A program made the translations under genes and the position numbers. A DNA stretch of 64,000 nucleotides from Felis catus (Eukaryota): positions 68,016,001 through 68,080,000 of the forward strand of contig NC_058368.1 in the NCBI RefSeq assembly GCF_018350175.1, in the 5' to 3' direction. Under the pieces are notes generated by a model that was not told where the DNA came from, did no database searches, and saw nothing but the letters and a program-made list of their open reading frames with translations. This document shows, piece by piece, positions 13,335 through 26,368 of the stretch. Each line of letters starts with the position of its first letter. Positions within the stretch are counted from its first letter, which is position 1.

Positions 13335-13548
13335 ACAGACCCAGGTACAATAAAAGTTTATTTCTGGGCTACTTAACCTCCCAGGTGGGTATTCCTGAGC
13401 AGGAGGAGACTCTGCTGCACTCAGTGATTCAGAAACCAGGCTCCTTCCATTCTGTGACTCTGCCAGCCCAGAAGCCCTATTGTCCTTTGCATCCCCCTGG
13501 TGGAAGGGAGGGAGAGTAGAGGAGGCATGCCCACTTATTAAAATGCTT
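13335..13548 (-). mobile_element. MLT1J/K-like MaLR LTR fragment
   Basis: cagtgattcagaaaccaggctccttccattctgtgactctgcca motif. Confidence 0.55.
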
Positions 13549-13549
13549 A

Positions 13550-14217
13550 GCTCCTGGGCACTTATTCCAGTGAAATGAAAACGCATGTGCATTCAAAAAC
13601 TTGCTCGTGAATGTTCATAACAGCTTTATTACTCCTAATAGCGCAAAGTTGGAAACAGCCCACATGTCCTTCGGTGGATTACTGGTTAAACAAACAGTGA
13701 TATATCCATACTATGGGATACTACTCAGCAATAAAAAGCAATAAACCATTGATAGATGCAACACATTTGATGAATCTCAAAGGCCTTAGGCTGAGTGAAA
13801 AACAGCTGATCCCAGAAGATTACGTACTGTATGGTTTTATTTATAAGACATTCTGGAAACAGCAAGATTGGGGATGTGGACAACAGATTAGTGGTTGGCA
13901 GGGGTTAAGGATGAAAGGGAGGCTGTGACTCTAAGGGTGACAGAACAGTTCTGTGACGTGATTGGGGTGGTGCCATTACCATTACATGAATCTATATATA
14001 TATGACAAAACTGCATAGAAAGACACACACACGTGTTTATAAATATGAACACATTCTATGGATGATACAAATATTGATTTCCTGCTTTTAATACTACATT
14101 AGAGTTATATGGGATGTGGCCAGTAGGAAAGGCTGGGTGAAGGAAACAAGGAATCTTCCTGTACCCTTTTTCTGGCAACTTCCTGTGAATCTGTAGTTAT
14201 TTTGAAATTAAAAGTTT
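13550..14217 (+). mobile_element. Ancient L1 3' end (L1MC/MD-like)
   Basis: ORF2 tail (MGYYSAIKSN...) and 3' UTR ending gcaacttcctgtgaatctgtagttattttgaaattaaaagtt. Confidence 0.8.
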
Positions 14218-14449
14218 AGAGGAAAGAAACTTGACCTCGAAGTGGCACACATGATTCCCTTGTTTAATAAGTATTGATTGGATTGTCTCTCTTTTAGGGC
14301 TCTGTACTAGGCACTGGGAGTCATGGGTCAAAACTAAAGGTTTTAAATAAGGAGATCAGAATCATTCATGTGACATTATTCTATGAATACTGTCAACTGT
14401 GACATGTACTGTGCACCATGTAGATGCTATTATTTCTGAAACTTATTTT

Positions 14450-14636
14450 TTAAGTTCATATATTTATCATGAGAGCAAGAGAGACGTGGAGGGAAGGGTA
14501 GAGAAAGAATCCCAAGACGGCTCCTCTGTGTCAGCCCAGAGCCTGATGTGGGGCTCGAACTCACAAACCGCAAGATCATGACCTGAGCCAAAACCAGAAG
14601 TTGGATGTTTAACTGACTGAGCCACCCATGAGCCCC
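14450..14636 (-). mobile_element. CAN-SINE
   Basis: TSD ctgaaacttatttt / ctgaaactcatttt. Confidence 0.92.
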
Positions 14637-14794
14637 TGAAACTCATTTTAAACTGTGTAATTAGAAAGATAAAGGAGAAGCCACAAGTATGAAATGTGAG
14701 TTTTTTCAAGTTTAGTGCCTTTGTCAGGCCAGGAACTATGATTTCCTTCTAAGTAATATGGTCATTGTGTATACAGAGGAAAAAGCAGATATTT

Positions 14795-14990
14795 CAGGAA
14801 GAAATTTGGGATTCTTGTGTTCTAATTTCATGGCTTAACTAGCTAATTTCACCTTGGGTGAGTCAAAAGCCTTCAATCTAAATTTGCATTATATTTAAAA
14901 TGAGGATTATAAGACTACCCCACAAAGTTGTTGTCCTATTAAATGAGATAAATTACAAAGACAACCTTTTGAAACAGTGAGGCATTGTAA
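14795..14990 (+). mobile_element. MIR relic
   Basis: ccttgggtgagtca...taaaatgaggattata...gttgttg...attaaatgagataa. Confidence 0.6.
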
Positions 14991-16047
14991 GGAGATATTT
15001 AAAATGATCATATCCAGCATTTTGAATGAGTTCTGCCCCTTCTCTAGGGAGGCAACTAAAATTAGGAGGATGCTGGATTTTGTTATACACTTGAGTATCT
15101 TTGAATCCTTTTCAGGTACATGTAAATCAAAAACATTAAAAAAATATTTTTATAATTTATTGTGTTTAAGCATCACCTGGGAACCCACTAAGGCCTGTTA
15201 AGATTATAGGACCCATGCCCAGAAATTCTTCAATGGATCTAGGGTAGTAGTTTTCGACCTTGAGTGCACATCAGAATCACCTAGGGAATTTCAAAAATCC
15301 CCCATCCCCATGCTATACCCCAGACGCATTATATCAGAATTTTGGTGGTGAGAACCAGGTATGAGTACCCCTCATGATTCTGGTGTGGGTAAAGAACACA
15401 GCTTTAAAGAATAGGTTGGTAAACTGAGCTGTGAATAATTACAATTTGCATTTTACTCTTGTATAAGGATAATACTTGTTGTAATACAGATTAATAGCAA
15501 TATTTTAAAATATTTTTGTTAAAAAACCTGAAGTAAAAAAGATATCTTAATTCTGTATGGTAAAAGTTGATGTAACTCTAAGATAATATTCTTAGACAAT
15601 GGTGCTTTATAGCAACAGTAATGAATGATAAAAGGATTTGTATTTTTAAATCTTTTGATTACAGGATGATAGGGTTCACATTTATTTTTGCAAATCAGAT
15701 GTCTGCATGTTTTGTTTCCTCTGTGTAATGTGTTTAATTAAATATTGATCCACACTTTACCCAAATCATAGTTGTTGACCGTGATGCTGGTACAGTTTTA
15801 CTATGCTTATTACTTATGTTCTGAGATGAACTTCTAAGTTTCTGCTTCTCAATTCTTACTGGCTCTTTTTCCAGTCTTTTTCTTTAAGACTGGTTCACTT
15901 CCTGGGTGCTAATAATGGAGAAAACAAAGGGGATGTGAATGAGATAACATGACAACAATTTTGCAAAATTTAAGAACAAAATCACATGCTGTCCATTATT
16001 ATTGTAGATTCAAACAACTCAGAATGTTCTAGAACTCAGTTACTTTG

Positions 16048-16183
16048 GGTTTTTTTTCAATATATGAAATTTATTGTCAAATTGGTTTCCATACAACACC
16101 CAGTGCTCATCCCAAAAGGTGCCCTCCTCAATACCCATCACCCAGCCTCCCCTCCCTCCCACCCCCCATCAACCCTCAGTTTG
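16048..16183 (-). mobile_element. Ultra-short young felid-type L1 3'-tip insertion
   Basis: Near-identical to the 3' tip of the L1 at 54954; perfect direct repeat tagaactcagttactttg at 16030-16047 and 16184-16201. Confidence 0.92.
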
Positions 16184-16255
16184 TAGAACTCAGTTACTTT
16201 GAAATCACAGAGCAGGAGTGGCTGGCAATATCTAGTTGATTGGCTGGGCCTAATC

Positions 16256-16381
16256 TTTTTTTTTTTTAATGTTTATTTATTTTTGAAGGAGAGAGAGAGA
16301 GACAGAGTGTGAGTGGGGGAGGGGCAGAGAGAGAGGGAGACACAGAATCCGAAGCAGGCTCCAGGCTCTGAGCTGTCAGCA
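16256..16381 (-). mobile_element. 5'-truncated CAN-SINE
   Basis: T-tail, (GA)n and body stop at ...gagctgtcagca; the tRNA head is absent. Confidence 0.9.
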
Positions 16382-18570
16382 CCTCTTTTTTTCCTTGTGA
16401 TAACTCTTCTAAGCACACACACGCTGAGCACTGCTCAGGTTTTCCATGCTTCTATTGATAATTCAATGAAAACTTATGGCCTAATTTTTAATTTCTTCCC
16501 CCCTGTGAATGTACGAGGTCAAAGAGAGAGTTCAGAGTGCAGTATTTTGCTCCAAAAAACCCTCCAAATTTTCCTACATCGTTTTGCTCAACATTCCCCA
16601 TGGTTTTTTACCCTCAGCCCCAACCCTAGCACAGCCCCGCCCCCACGTTGCTGGCTATCTCTTTTTTTATTTTCCTCACTCTACGTTTTTCTCTCCTTTA
16701 TTAGGCATAATAGTTCACTAAATTTAGGCCCTGCTTCTACACTTGCAGGCTGAATCCTATTACCCACTCCAAAATAAAGGGCTCTCTGGGCATGGGGCCA
16801 CCCTATTTGAATTGAAGATGGGGTGCTTATAAATAACAGAATTTTCAGAACTCAGTCATAAAAGAATGGCTGCTTTGTGTATAAATGCCTATTATATTAG
16901 GCTTTACTGTATTTTAAGAAGACATGTTTTCAATCCAGCTGGCAGACATGTTCAATGAAAAAAGGACTTCTCACATCATAAGCATTAATCCAGTCTCTAG
17001 CCAACAAGCCTGATGTTCAGAGCTTTTAAAAAACCATAATTTTCTTCTTCATGTTAAATTACATGGTATAATTCAGGATCTACAGTATAATTCTTCATTT
17101 TAACAGAAACATAATAAAACGGAGTAAAAATTCTATTTTTGTTTGCATATTTATGCATTTTCTCTTAGTCAACTATCAATTATTTAGAATTTGTCTGTGC
17201 TGGGCATAATCCCATCCATTGGCCTTTTTCTGTTTTGAGTTTAGACAAAACATTCTGGGTTCGCCAGGGGAATGAAAGGAGTCTCAGTTCAAGTAAGTTA
17301 GTTATGATATTGCAAGGGTTGTGTGAATTGCTCAAGAGCAGGACCCGTTGAAACTGTTAACACACATGGCAGTGTTTATTATTCCTAACGCTCCAAGTCT
17401 TTGCAAATGTCCTGATACTTCCATCTTGGGGTAAATGAGTAAGGACACATTTTTACCTTCAGGAAACGTTTGTCTTAATACCGTTGGGATCTGAGGGAGA
17501 CATACAACTCTATCACAGGGTACTGTGTTTGGATTCAGGAGGATTAAGTCGGTGAGAGGAAAATGGTGGCTCCTTGAGGTTGTGTGTTTGGGGAAGGAGC
17601 GTGAGAGTGGGGGTGTGTGTGCACCCATAATCACAGAAGGGTGATATGGACTCAGTTGTTTGAGCATGGTTATCCCTTCCCCTAAACACCAAATCCTCCA
17701 GAGGGTTAGTGGGGGCCGACCCTCTTGCAGCCTATTAGAGAGAAGGACCTAAAGTACTTCAGGCAAAACTACCAAGCAGTGACTGGCTGATGCCCTGTCA
17801 GAACCAACCACAGGAGAGGCGGGCAGAAGGCTTTTTGGTTATTGAATCAAAAGATCACTCCCTCCTTCCCCAGTTTTCTGCATGGTGAAGCAGAAAGCAG
17901 ACGCCTTAACATACCCAATCGCCTTAGGTATTGTTAACAGCTGTCTGATGACTTCGTGTGAGTATAATCTGGGATCCCACGATATGGCCACCGTTTGAAC
18001 TGCCATGAAGCCTTTCCGGGCAAAGCCTAGGGAAAGTAGAAGCTGCAGGTTATATTTTGAATCTGTGCTCCTTCTAGGCAGCCCTGCATATTTGTCAGCA
18101 CCTCACTGGCCTTTGTCATCTGGGCAGCGGTTGCACAAGACTGATGAGTGTGGGGAAGAGGCTGTTAGACACCTCTTTGGGCTGATTTCTAGGGCTTTGC
18201 TGCACTTCAGTAAGTACACAGTGGAGCAAAGGATATAGAGCAGGGAGGGTTCCTCCCACCCACCCAGAAAGGGATGGAAAAATGATGAAGCTTTGTGTAA
18301 TTTTCACCCGGAGAAAATGTGCAAGGAGAGCCCTGGTGACTATTTTCAGAATGAGATCTTTTCAAAATGTACTCTTTCCACGTCTTGTGCTTCGTTTTAG
18401 TCAAAGTTTGGTGAAATTTCCTGACGGTAGGGTTACTTTGGTGAGTTAGCGAATGGTTTCCAGCTTGGGATTTCCACTAACATAGTGGCCTCAGTTTCTC
18501 AATAGAAAATAGAAGGCCTGGTCTAGATCAGTGATTTGTCTGCCTGGCTGCATATTAGAATCATCTGGCA

Positions 18571-18642
18571 CATTTTGGGATGAGCACTGGGTGTTGTATG
18601 GAAACCAATTTGACAATAAACTTCATACATTGAAGAAAAAAG
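18571..18642 (+). mobile_element. 72-bp L1 3'-tip insertion
   Basis: ttttgggatgagcactgggtgttgtatggaaaccaatttgacaataaa plus A-rich tail; perfect TSD agaatcatctggca (18557-18570 / 18643-18656). Confidence 0.92.
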
Positions 18643-18777
18643 AGAATCATCTGGCAAATGCTGAATGTAAAATCAAAAGAGAACAAATAAATTGATGGCA
18701 GGTGTCTAGCCCAGTAAATTTGATGTATCGGATCTCAGGAGGGGTCCAGCCTCTTTTAAAAAGTCTCTATAACCTCA

Positions 18778-19020
18778 GGGCTCCTGGTTGGCTCAGTCAG
18801 TTGAGCATTTGACTTTAGCTCTGATCATGATCTTGCGGGTTGGTGAGTTCAAGCCCCACATCTTGTGGGTCATGAGTTCCAGCCCCACACGGGTTCCCTG
18901 CTGTCAACCTGTCAGCATGGAGCCCTCTTTGGATCCTCTGTCCCCCTCTCTCTCGGCCCCTTCCCTGCTTGCACTCTCTCTCTCCAAACATAAATAAAAC
19001 ATTTTTTTTTTAATTTAAAA
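18778..19020 (+). mobile_element. CAN-SINE with internal duplication
   Basis: SINE head and tail; duplicated ~30-bp unit at 18831-18889. Confidence 0.9.
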
Positions 19021-19199
19021 AATATCTCTAAGTGATTCTAATGTACAGCTAGGGTTGAGAATGAGAGGTCTATAGTTAAAGTTGCTTTCAGCAGCAATAT
19101 TTTCTGTTCATTTGCAACTTTTCTCTCTACATTAGAACAATTAAATTTTGTCTGTTCTTTTGTGTATTCTGACTTTTACTTTAAGAAATTTCCTATGTA

Positions 19200-20470
19200 A
19201 TATTTATGATATGTGAAACATTTATGTAACATATATATAAGTTTTGAAGCTTAACAATAATACGAAAACCCGTGAACAAATTATCCAACTCAAGAACTAG
19301 AGGAATTACCCTAACTAATGAATTTGTTTATGTGTTCCTCTAAAATCTCCTATCTCCTGATTTCCTCAAGGGTTATCAGTGTTATGGATTTTGCTTTCAT
19401 CATTACTGTTTTTAAAATATTTATTATTATTACTTTATGCACATATACCAAACAATATATTATTTAGTTTTGCTGGATTTTGAGCATTATGAAAATAATT
19501 CTATGCTCTGTGTTATCTTGTGCAATTTTTTTTCACTTAAGATTATTTCTGAGTCTTCTTCCTTGCTGTACATAGAAAATATTTCATTCATTTTAATTGC
19601 TGGGTAACATTTTATTTGTATGAACAAAGCACATGATGATTTTGTCATCCTCCTGATAATGGATATTAGGTTACATGTTACTCTACTGCATATCATGAAC
19701 ATATACTGGCAAACCTTTAGGGTTTGGAGGCTTTTATTTTGGCCAATCTAATGTGAATAAATTGGTATTTCATAGTAGTCTTAATTGACATTTCCCTGAT
19801 GACTAAATATCTTCTAATGTGTTTATTTGCTATTTGGGTTTTCATTTCCATGAAAGACCTGTTCAAGTTTTATGTCTATTTTTTCTAATGGTTGTATTTA
19901 TTTCCTTATCAACATGTAGTACTTCTTTATACATTTCTAGTATTCATGCCTAGCGAGCCATATACGTGGAAATATGTTTTATGTGTTGCCAAGATCACTC
20001 TATGGTGCCTTGATGAGAAATGATTAATTTTAGCATGGTCAAAATGATCAATCTTTTCTTTTATAACTATGCTCTCTGTAGCTCTTGTAAGAACTTGTTT
20101 TGTACCCTGATGTCATATCTAGCCATCTCACTGAATTCGTTAATTGTAAAATCTTGTAGATATTTGGGGTATTTTCTATATCGATGGTCATATTATTTGC
20201 AATTATGATAGTTTTATCTCTCTTTTGTTTCAGTTCTGTATTTTCTTTTTCTTATCTTATGGTGCTTTTTGGATATCTGGAACAATGTTAAGTGGAAGTG
20301 GTAACAGATGATACTGTTTCTTTGTTGCCAGTTTCAAAGGAAATGCTCTTAACATTCTACCTATGAAGCTTGGTATTTGCTGTAGTTTTGAGAGATGGCA
20401 TCTATTAAATTAGGGAAAAACATTTCCATTTCTAGTTTGCTAAGAGTTCTTTCATTGTTGATCAGATTTA
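19200..20470 (-). mobile_element. Ancient L1 (L1ME-like) relic
   Basis: T-rich antisense L1 3' UTR to ORF2 (ttaattgacatttccctgatgact; tttctagtttgctaagag). Confidence 0.7.
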
Positions 20471-21089
20471 CCATGTTTGTAAAATATGTTGACCATGTTT
20501 TATCAGTTGACTTTTTGGTTGTGATATAAACCAATAGCCTGTACACTTTCTTTATGTTTCCTGTAGCATTTCTAAGACATGAAGCAGTGCCTGGCACTTA
20601 GTAGTTGTTCAAGAAATACTTGGCGAGTGACTGACTGATGTTTCTCAGTGCATTATCATCCAGCCTATTTGCAATGTTGTAATAGTTGCATCAAACGTAT
20701 TCCGTACTTGTGTCTTACTATAGTTCTATCTAAGCCATTTATTAGACTAATACAAGAATCAGTCCAGACCTTCGAAGCTTGCAAAATAGGTAATATATAG
20801 TGTATCAATTCAGCAGAATTAATACAGACATTAAAACACATTTGAAGGCCATCATAGACGCAGTGAAAATGATTATGATGTAATTTTTAGTGAGAAAAGG
20901 GCAATGAAATCATGTGCTCAGTTTGAGTGCAACAATGTAAGTAAATGGACAAAAAGTCAGCAGGAGTATGCTAAAATGAAAATACCTGCTAGATTTTGTT
21001 GAATGATTTGTTTCAATCTTCTGGTCAAACCTTTCTTTAATGTTGCAATAGTGCTTTTATAGTCTTTAAGAAGAAGAGCAGAAAGATTC

Positions 21090-21406
21090 TGTATTAATTT
21101 TCTAGGGCTACTGTAATACATCATGACAAACTTGGTGGCTTAAAACAAGAGAATTTATTCTCTCACAGTTCTGGAAGCCAGAAGTCCAAAACCAAGGCAT
21201 CGGCGGAGCTGGGTCTCCTCTGAAATCCCGGCCTCCTCCACCTTCTGTGGCTCCAGGCATTTCTTTGTTTTTGGCTGCATCACTCCTGCCTCTGTCTTCA
21301 TCTTCACATGGCCTTCTCTTCTTCTCTCCCTACTTTTTCCTATGTGTGTCTCTTATAGGGATACTTATCATTGGATTTAGATCCTTTTTTTTAAATGTTT
21401 GTTTGT

Positions 21407-21449
<43 letters not shown>

Positions 21450-21622
21450 TTTTAATATCAAATTTATTGTCAAATTGGTTTCCATACAACACCCAGTGCT
21501 CACCCCAAAAGGTGCCCTCCTCAATACCCAAAGATCCTTCTTTTAAAATAAGATCACACTCTGAGGTTCCTGGAGGTTAGGAGGTGAACATATCATTCTG
21601 AGAGCCACCAACGAAGCCTCTA
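21090..21622 (-). mobile_element. MaLR solo LTR (MLT1A/B-like)
   Basis: tgtatt...aaacttggtggcttaaaacaa...ttctctcacagttctggaagccagaagtccaaa...aaataagatcacactctgagg. Confidence 0.85.
21387..21530 (-). mobile_element. Short L1 3'-tip with (TTTA)n tail inside the MLT1 LTR
   Basis: About 78 bp of L1 tip (21453-21530); flanking repeat agatcctt (21379-21386 / 21532-21539). Confidence 0.85.
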
Positions 21623-21729
21623 AATGATCTTCAAATATGCCAGTATTTCAACACCAGACATGGTGTGCACATAAATTGAATACACTATATCTACATTTTT
21701 TAGAGACATACTTTACAAAAGGGATTTTG

Positions 21730-21939
21730 AGTGGTGCCTGGGTGGCTCAGTCAGCTGAGCATCTGACTCTTGATTTCGGCTCAAGTCATGATCCCAGGGT
21801 TGTGAGATCAAGCCCTACATCAGGCTCTGTGCTGAGTGTGGAACCTACTTAAGATTCTCTCCCTCTGCCCCTCTCCCTTGCTCGCACATGCTCTCTCTTG
21901 CTCTAAAAAATATAAATAAATACATATATACATAAATAA
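21730..21939 (+). mobile_element. CAN-SINE
   Basis: TSD aaaagggattttg on both sides. Confidence 0.93.
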
Positions 21940-23449
21940 AAAAGGGATTTTGGCTATGTGTTATTTTTATTAAAAGAACAAGAGTGAGAATATGTAGTGA
22001 TTGTCGCTTAAACAATTTATAAATCTAACATTGGAATGAAGCTTCCTGAAGACTAAGCTTTGTGTTTTCTATGTCTCATTGCTTGCTTTCTTCACCAATT
22101 TGAAAACAGGGCCATTTAGATTTTTGTTCGTGTTGCTAACAAATATGTGATTTAAGGAGATGTATGAGGACCCTTTTATGTGAAGCTGTGAGTGTTAAGG
22201 AAAATCTTCCTCAAGCATTCTCTGCTTATTTCAATCATGTCTGTTCTCATCAATTTGATTGAAATAAGTGGCTGGGTTTTTCCCAATGTAATCCCAGGGG
22301 TGTACAAATCATGGTTTGCCTGACACACTGATAGCGACATTAAAAACACTGCTGTGTCTGACTATCACAACTTCTCTGTTGCATTTATCTTATTTTGTCA
22401 TGATGTTAGTTTAAATCTGCTTTCCTTCTCTCTTATAGAATTTTGACCCTGTTAATCATGCTCTGCATTCAGGGAGGACAAAGTGATTCCATTTTGTTAT
22501 AGAGAGCATTACTTATAAAGTTATTTGGTTTAGCTTCATGCCCCCAAACAGGTAAATACCTTGACCAGACAAGTCTAAGCTCTCTCTCTCTGGAAAGAGA
22601 GGGACTGTCTTAACCCTTATCAGTCTGTTCCTCAAGTAAGCATCCTGTCATGTGTCCTTCCAGTATTATATTATTGTTTTACTCTATAGTATTTTTATTT
22701 GTTTATGTTGGTCAGTTGAAAAAAAGACCTGAAAAAGGGTTGCAATTGGAAAGAGAATCTGACCTGACAATCAGTAATTTTGAGATTTTTGTTAATATTG
22801 AATTTTAAAGGTCATTTTTACTGTGTTTTTATATGTTTATCTTTTAGCTCTGGCAGACTTCATGTCTTTTCCAACTTTAGCTATTGTTACCTGCTAATTG
22901 AGGCTATTTCACCTATGGGGTTCCCCATTTTCTGTAATTTCATCAAATTTCTCGTTCTGGTAGCACTCCCTGAATCTTTATCCCTGTATTTTTCTGTATT
23001 TTCTATTCAAGGCTGTCGTTTGCCTAAGACAGAGTAATAAGACATTCCCCCCTTGGGCATGCATTAACACTTTTTGGTTCTTTTTCATTTCCGTCTTCTG
23101 AGAAGAGTTTGAGTAGCTTTCTTCAGCAGCTAGATGTCTGCAATGTACAGGGTCTGGTAGAAAGCCACTGAAGTCTCAAGTGGTAAAAACTATAAGCCTG
23201 TGGGCGTCATGAAAAGGTCACTAGACCTCAGGGAACCCAGAGTTCTGACTCCCCTCCTCACTGACCACACTGGGCCTTCACGGTTCTATGAAACAAGGGG
23301 CAGAATAGATAATCCATAAATTCCCCTCCAATCCTAAAATTTTATTACTATTATTTTCTTCCAATTCACTAGCAGGCCCAGATAGATGGCATTAATTTTA
23401 GGTATCCACCAAGTTACAAGAAACTTTTACTAATCTCTGTCATTTGTAA

Positions 23450-24195
23450 GTCCTTCATGTCACACAAGGAAAATCTGCCTCTATTTACCTCTTAAGCTTC
23501 ATCATAGTCCACCCTCCTTGCTCACTGCGCTCTAGCCACAGTGGCACTGTTTCTGTTCTTTGAACATAGAAAGTTCTTTCTTGCTTCAGGCTCTTTGCAT
23601 TTGCAATTCCCTCTACTCAGCACATGGTTCTTCAGCTCATCCCTGGTCTTGTCCCTTCTCATTGTTCAAGACTTAGCAAAAACGCCACTTCAGTAAGTGT
23701 TGCCTGGCTTCTCTACAAAGATGTGGCCTTTCATCCACTCACCTCTGACTCCTAGTTGCTTCCCATCACTTTGCTTTTTTTCTTGTTTTTTAGATGTTTA
23801 TTTTTGAGAGAGAGAGAGTGAGAGCGAGAGTGAGAGCGAGAGTGAGAGCGAGAGCGAGAGAGAGATTGTGAGTGGGGAAGGGGCAGAGAGAGAGGGAGAC
23901 AGAGAATCCCAAGCAGGCTCTGCACCCTGAGATCATGACCTCAGCTGAAATCAAGAGTCAGATGCCCAACTGACTGAGCCAGCGAGACACCCCTGGATTA
24001 TTTTCTTTATAGCCATTGTCGTGATCTGTAGTGATCTTGCTTCCTTACTTTCTTTTTATTATCTACTTCTACTCTGTATCTCAGCATATAAGTACTTTGA
24101 GGGTAGCAATCTTCTCTGGGTTATTTTGCTGTATCCCAGTGCCTAGAGTATATAGATAAATGTCCCCCCCCCCCCCAAATTCCATTGAATGAATT
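23450..24195 (+). mobile_element. L2 LINE relic, interrupted by a SINE
   Basis: gctcactgcgctctagccaca...ctttgcatttgcaattccctct... ending ccagtgcctaga...ttgaatgaat. Confidence 0.7.
23775..23993 (-). mobile_element. CAN-SINE with internal deletion and (GAGAGY)n repeat
   Basis: Antisense SINE; ctctgcac joins directly to cctgagatcatgacc. Confidence 0.88.
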
Positions 24196-26183
24196 AATTT
24201 TCCTAAGGGGATCAAATTGCTCTTCAATAAAGCACATTTAATAAATTATCATGGGTACTCTAAAGAATCTCTATCTTCAAGCCTGTGACCTGGGTCAGTG
24301 TGTATGGCAGGGTGCTTATTTTGGTTCTCAATTATTTGTCTTTATTGCTTATTAATATCTCTCAACATGAGATAAAAGCCAATTAACATGTGCCACCTAA
24401 ATTCTAGAAAATTGTAATATACCAACCACACTTGACCTTGAATGAAAATTGATTGCTAGTATTTCCTTTATGTGCAAAATATATCCCGTGGACTTAAACA
24501 ACTTAGATGTTACTGGTAAATCTTTTCTTTATGAACATTACTGTTTGTGACACTAGCATGGAATTAGTGATGCTAGAGGCCCTGGGAAGATAAACGCTTC
24601 CCTGTGTATATGTTTTTAACGCCACATTTCAATGGTAATTTCAGCCAACATTACTCTCTGGATTTATTTACGTATTTGTCTTCAGTATTTTGAGTTCCTG
24701 GCATTTCATTTCCTTAATAATTTGTTTTCTGAGCTTTGCAAGTCGGCAATATGGTAACCATGTCCCTAGAAGCATATGGAGCCCTGAGAGATCAACATAA
24801 TCTAAGCTTCCACCAAGTAGGTGAGCGATTTGAGTCATAAGAGCAGACGGAGTTGACAAGGGGGCATCATAATGTCCTAGGGACTAAGCTAAATAAAGAA
24901 AAATAAACTTGCCATCATGGCTTAACCAACAGTATATTTTATCTTTTATAAAACATGTGCAAATATGCTCAAGTACCATTTGTGCTTCTTATGGATTGAT
25001 ATCTAAAATTGCTATTGGATTATTAACTACAGATGCAAATTTGTTACTGTAAACTCCTTTAAGAAGCTTTTGGTAAATAGACAAATGCTTGGGAGCCATT
25101 GTGTTATCCTTCATGTCAAGCAGACAGATAGCAAAGTGATTCAATCTAGAGACAAATTTATTCTTCAGTGTTACATTCACATGCATTGGTATGTCATAAT
25201 CTGAAAATGGACTGTGATGTTAGGAAAAATTGTGTTGCTTAAATACTGTCCACAGTACTGGTAGCATGACAAGAGCCTGGCAGGCTCAGGGACTGAATCC
25301 TTGATCTGCCTTTTCCCAGCATCTACAACATGTATTGATTACAACATTATCTATGGTCTCCAGCAAGTTCCTTGGCCTTTATGAAGCTCCTCATCTGTGG
25401 ACTGGGGTGAACAATACCAACATCACAGAATTATTGTCAAGATGTTTTGAGAAATATTATAAATTTCTGTATTATAGTACATAATAAATGCTTACTTATT
25501 CTCTCTTTTCTGTTCTCCCTTTCCCTAGAAATTTTGACTTTTGAAAGTTAAGGGGCTGTTCTTTTTAAGAAAATGTAGCTTAATTCGAAAGGCAATTCGC
25601 CACACACATATAATTATTGGTAGTAGTTCTCAAGTATTTTTTGCTGTATTTAATGAGGTCTCTGAGGCACAAAGTTATGAGCACTAACAATTAGTAGGAA
25701 TTTACAAAAGAAATAAAAACAGTATTTCCTGAAATGTTCCCTGTAAATAAAAAAGCCACAATTCCTACTATGGCTGTAAAATCTGTAAAATAATGAACCA
25801 AATGGTACATTAAGACACAGGTTTAGCATACAGGTGCTGACATCTGTGCTGTTTCCATCTGATGAACATCTTTAGTCAAAACAACTTAAGCACCATTATA
25901 AAGAACTAGGAAATTAAATGACTGTGACAAAAAAGTGACACTATTGTAGAGGGAGAGAAAATCCAGAATAGGTATACAAAGCTACATGTTGTAGGACCAG
26001 AATTAGTCAAAATAAGACAAAAGATTTATTATAGAATAATATGTAAATTGAGTAAGTAGAAATTGAGGTACAATGAAATGCATGGTAGAGTTGTTTTCTT
26101 TTACAATTGAGAAATCTCCAAAAGAAGCCTATTTTGCTTTATTTGCCAAGTTTTGGTGGTATTAATACACTAAGTTGTCATTT

Positions 26184-26368
26184 CTTTTTTTTTCCAAGTT
26201 TTTATTTAAATTGCAGTTATTTACCATACAGTGTAATATTATTTTCAGGTGTAGAATTTAGTGATTCATCACTTATATACAGCACCCAGTGCTCATCACT
26301 TAATACTTGATGTGTATTCTTAATACCCATCACCCATTTAATCCATTCCCTGCCCACCTCCCCTCCAG
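26184..26368 (-). mobile_element. Short older carnivore L1 3' end
   Basis: Same type as 11712; TSD actaagttgtcattt / actaacgtgtcattt. Confidence 0.85.

Larger units (their letters stand above)
18529..19067. mobile_element. MER5B-like hAT relic hosting an L1 tip and a SINE
   Basis: cagtg...ctggctgcatattagaatcatctgg ... gtgattctaatgtacagctagggttgagaa. Confidence 0.6.

Noticed and set aside
16313..16753. 146-aa ORF
   Set aside because: Starts inside an antisense SINE at a GTG and reads through low-information sequence.
22439..22551. AG...GT bounded segment with a good pyrimidine tract
   Set aside because: Stop codons in all three frames.
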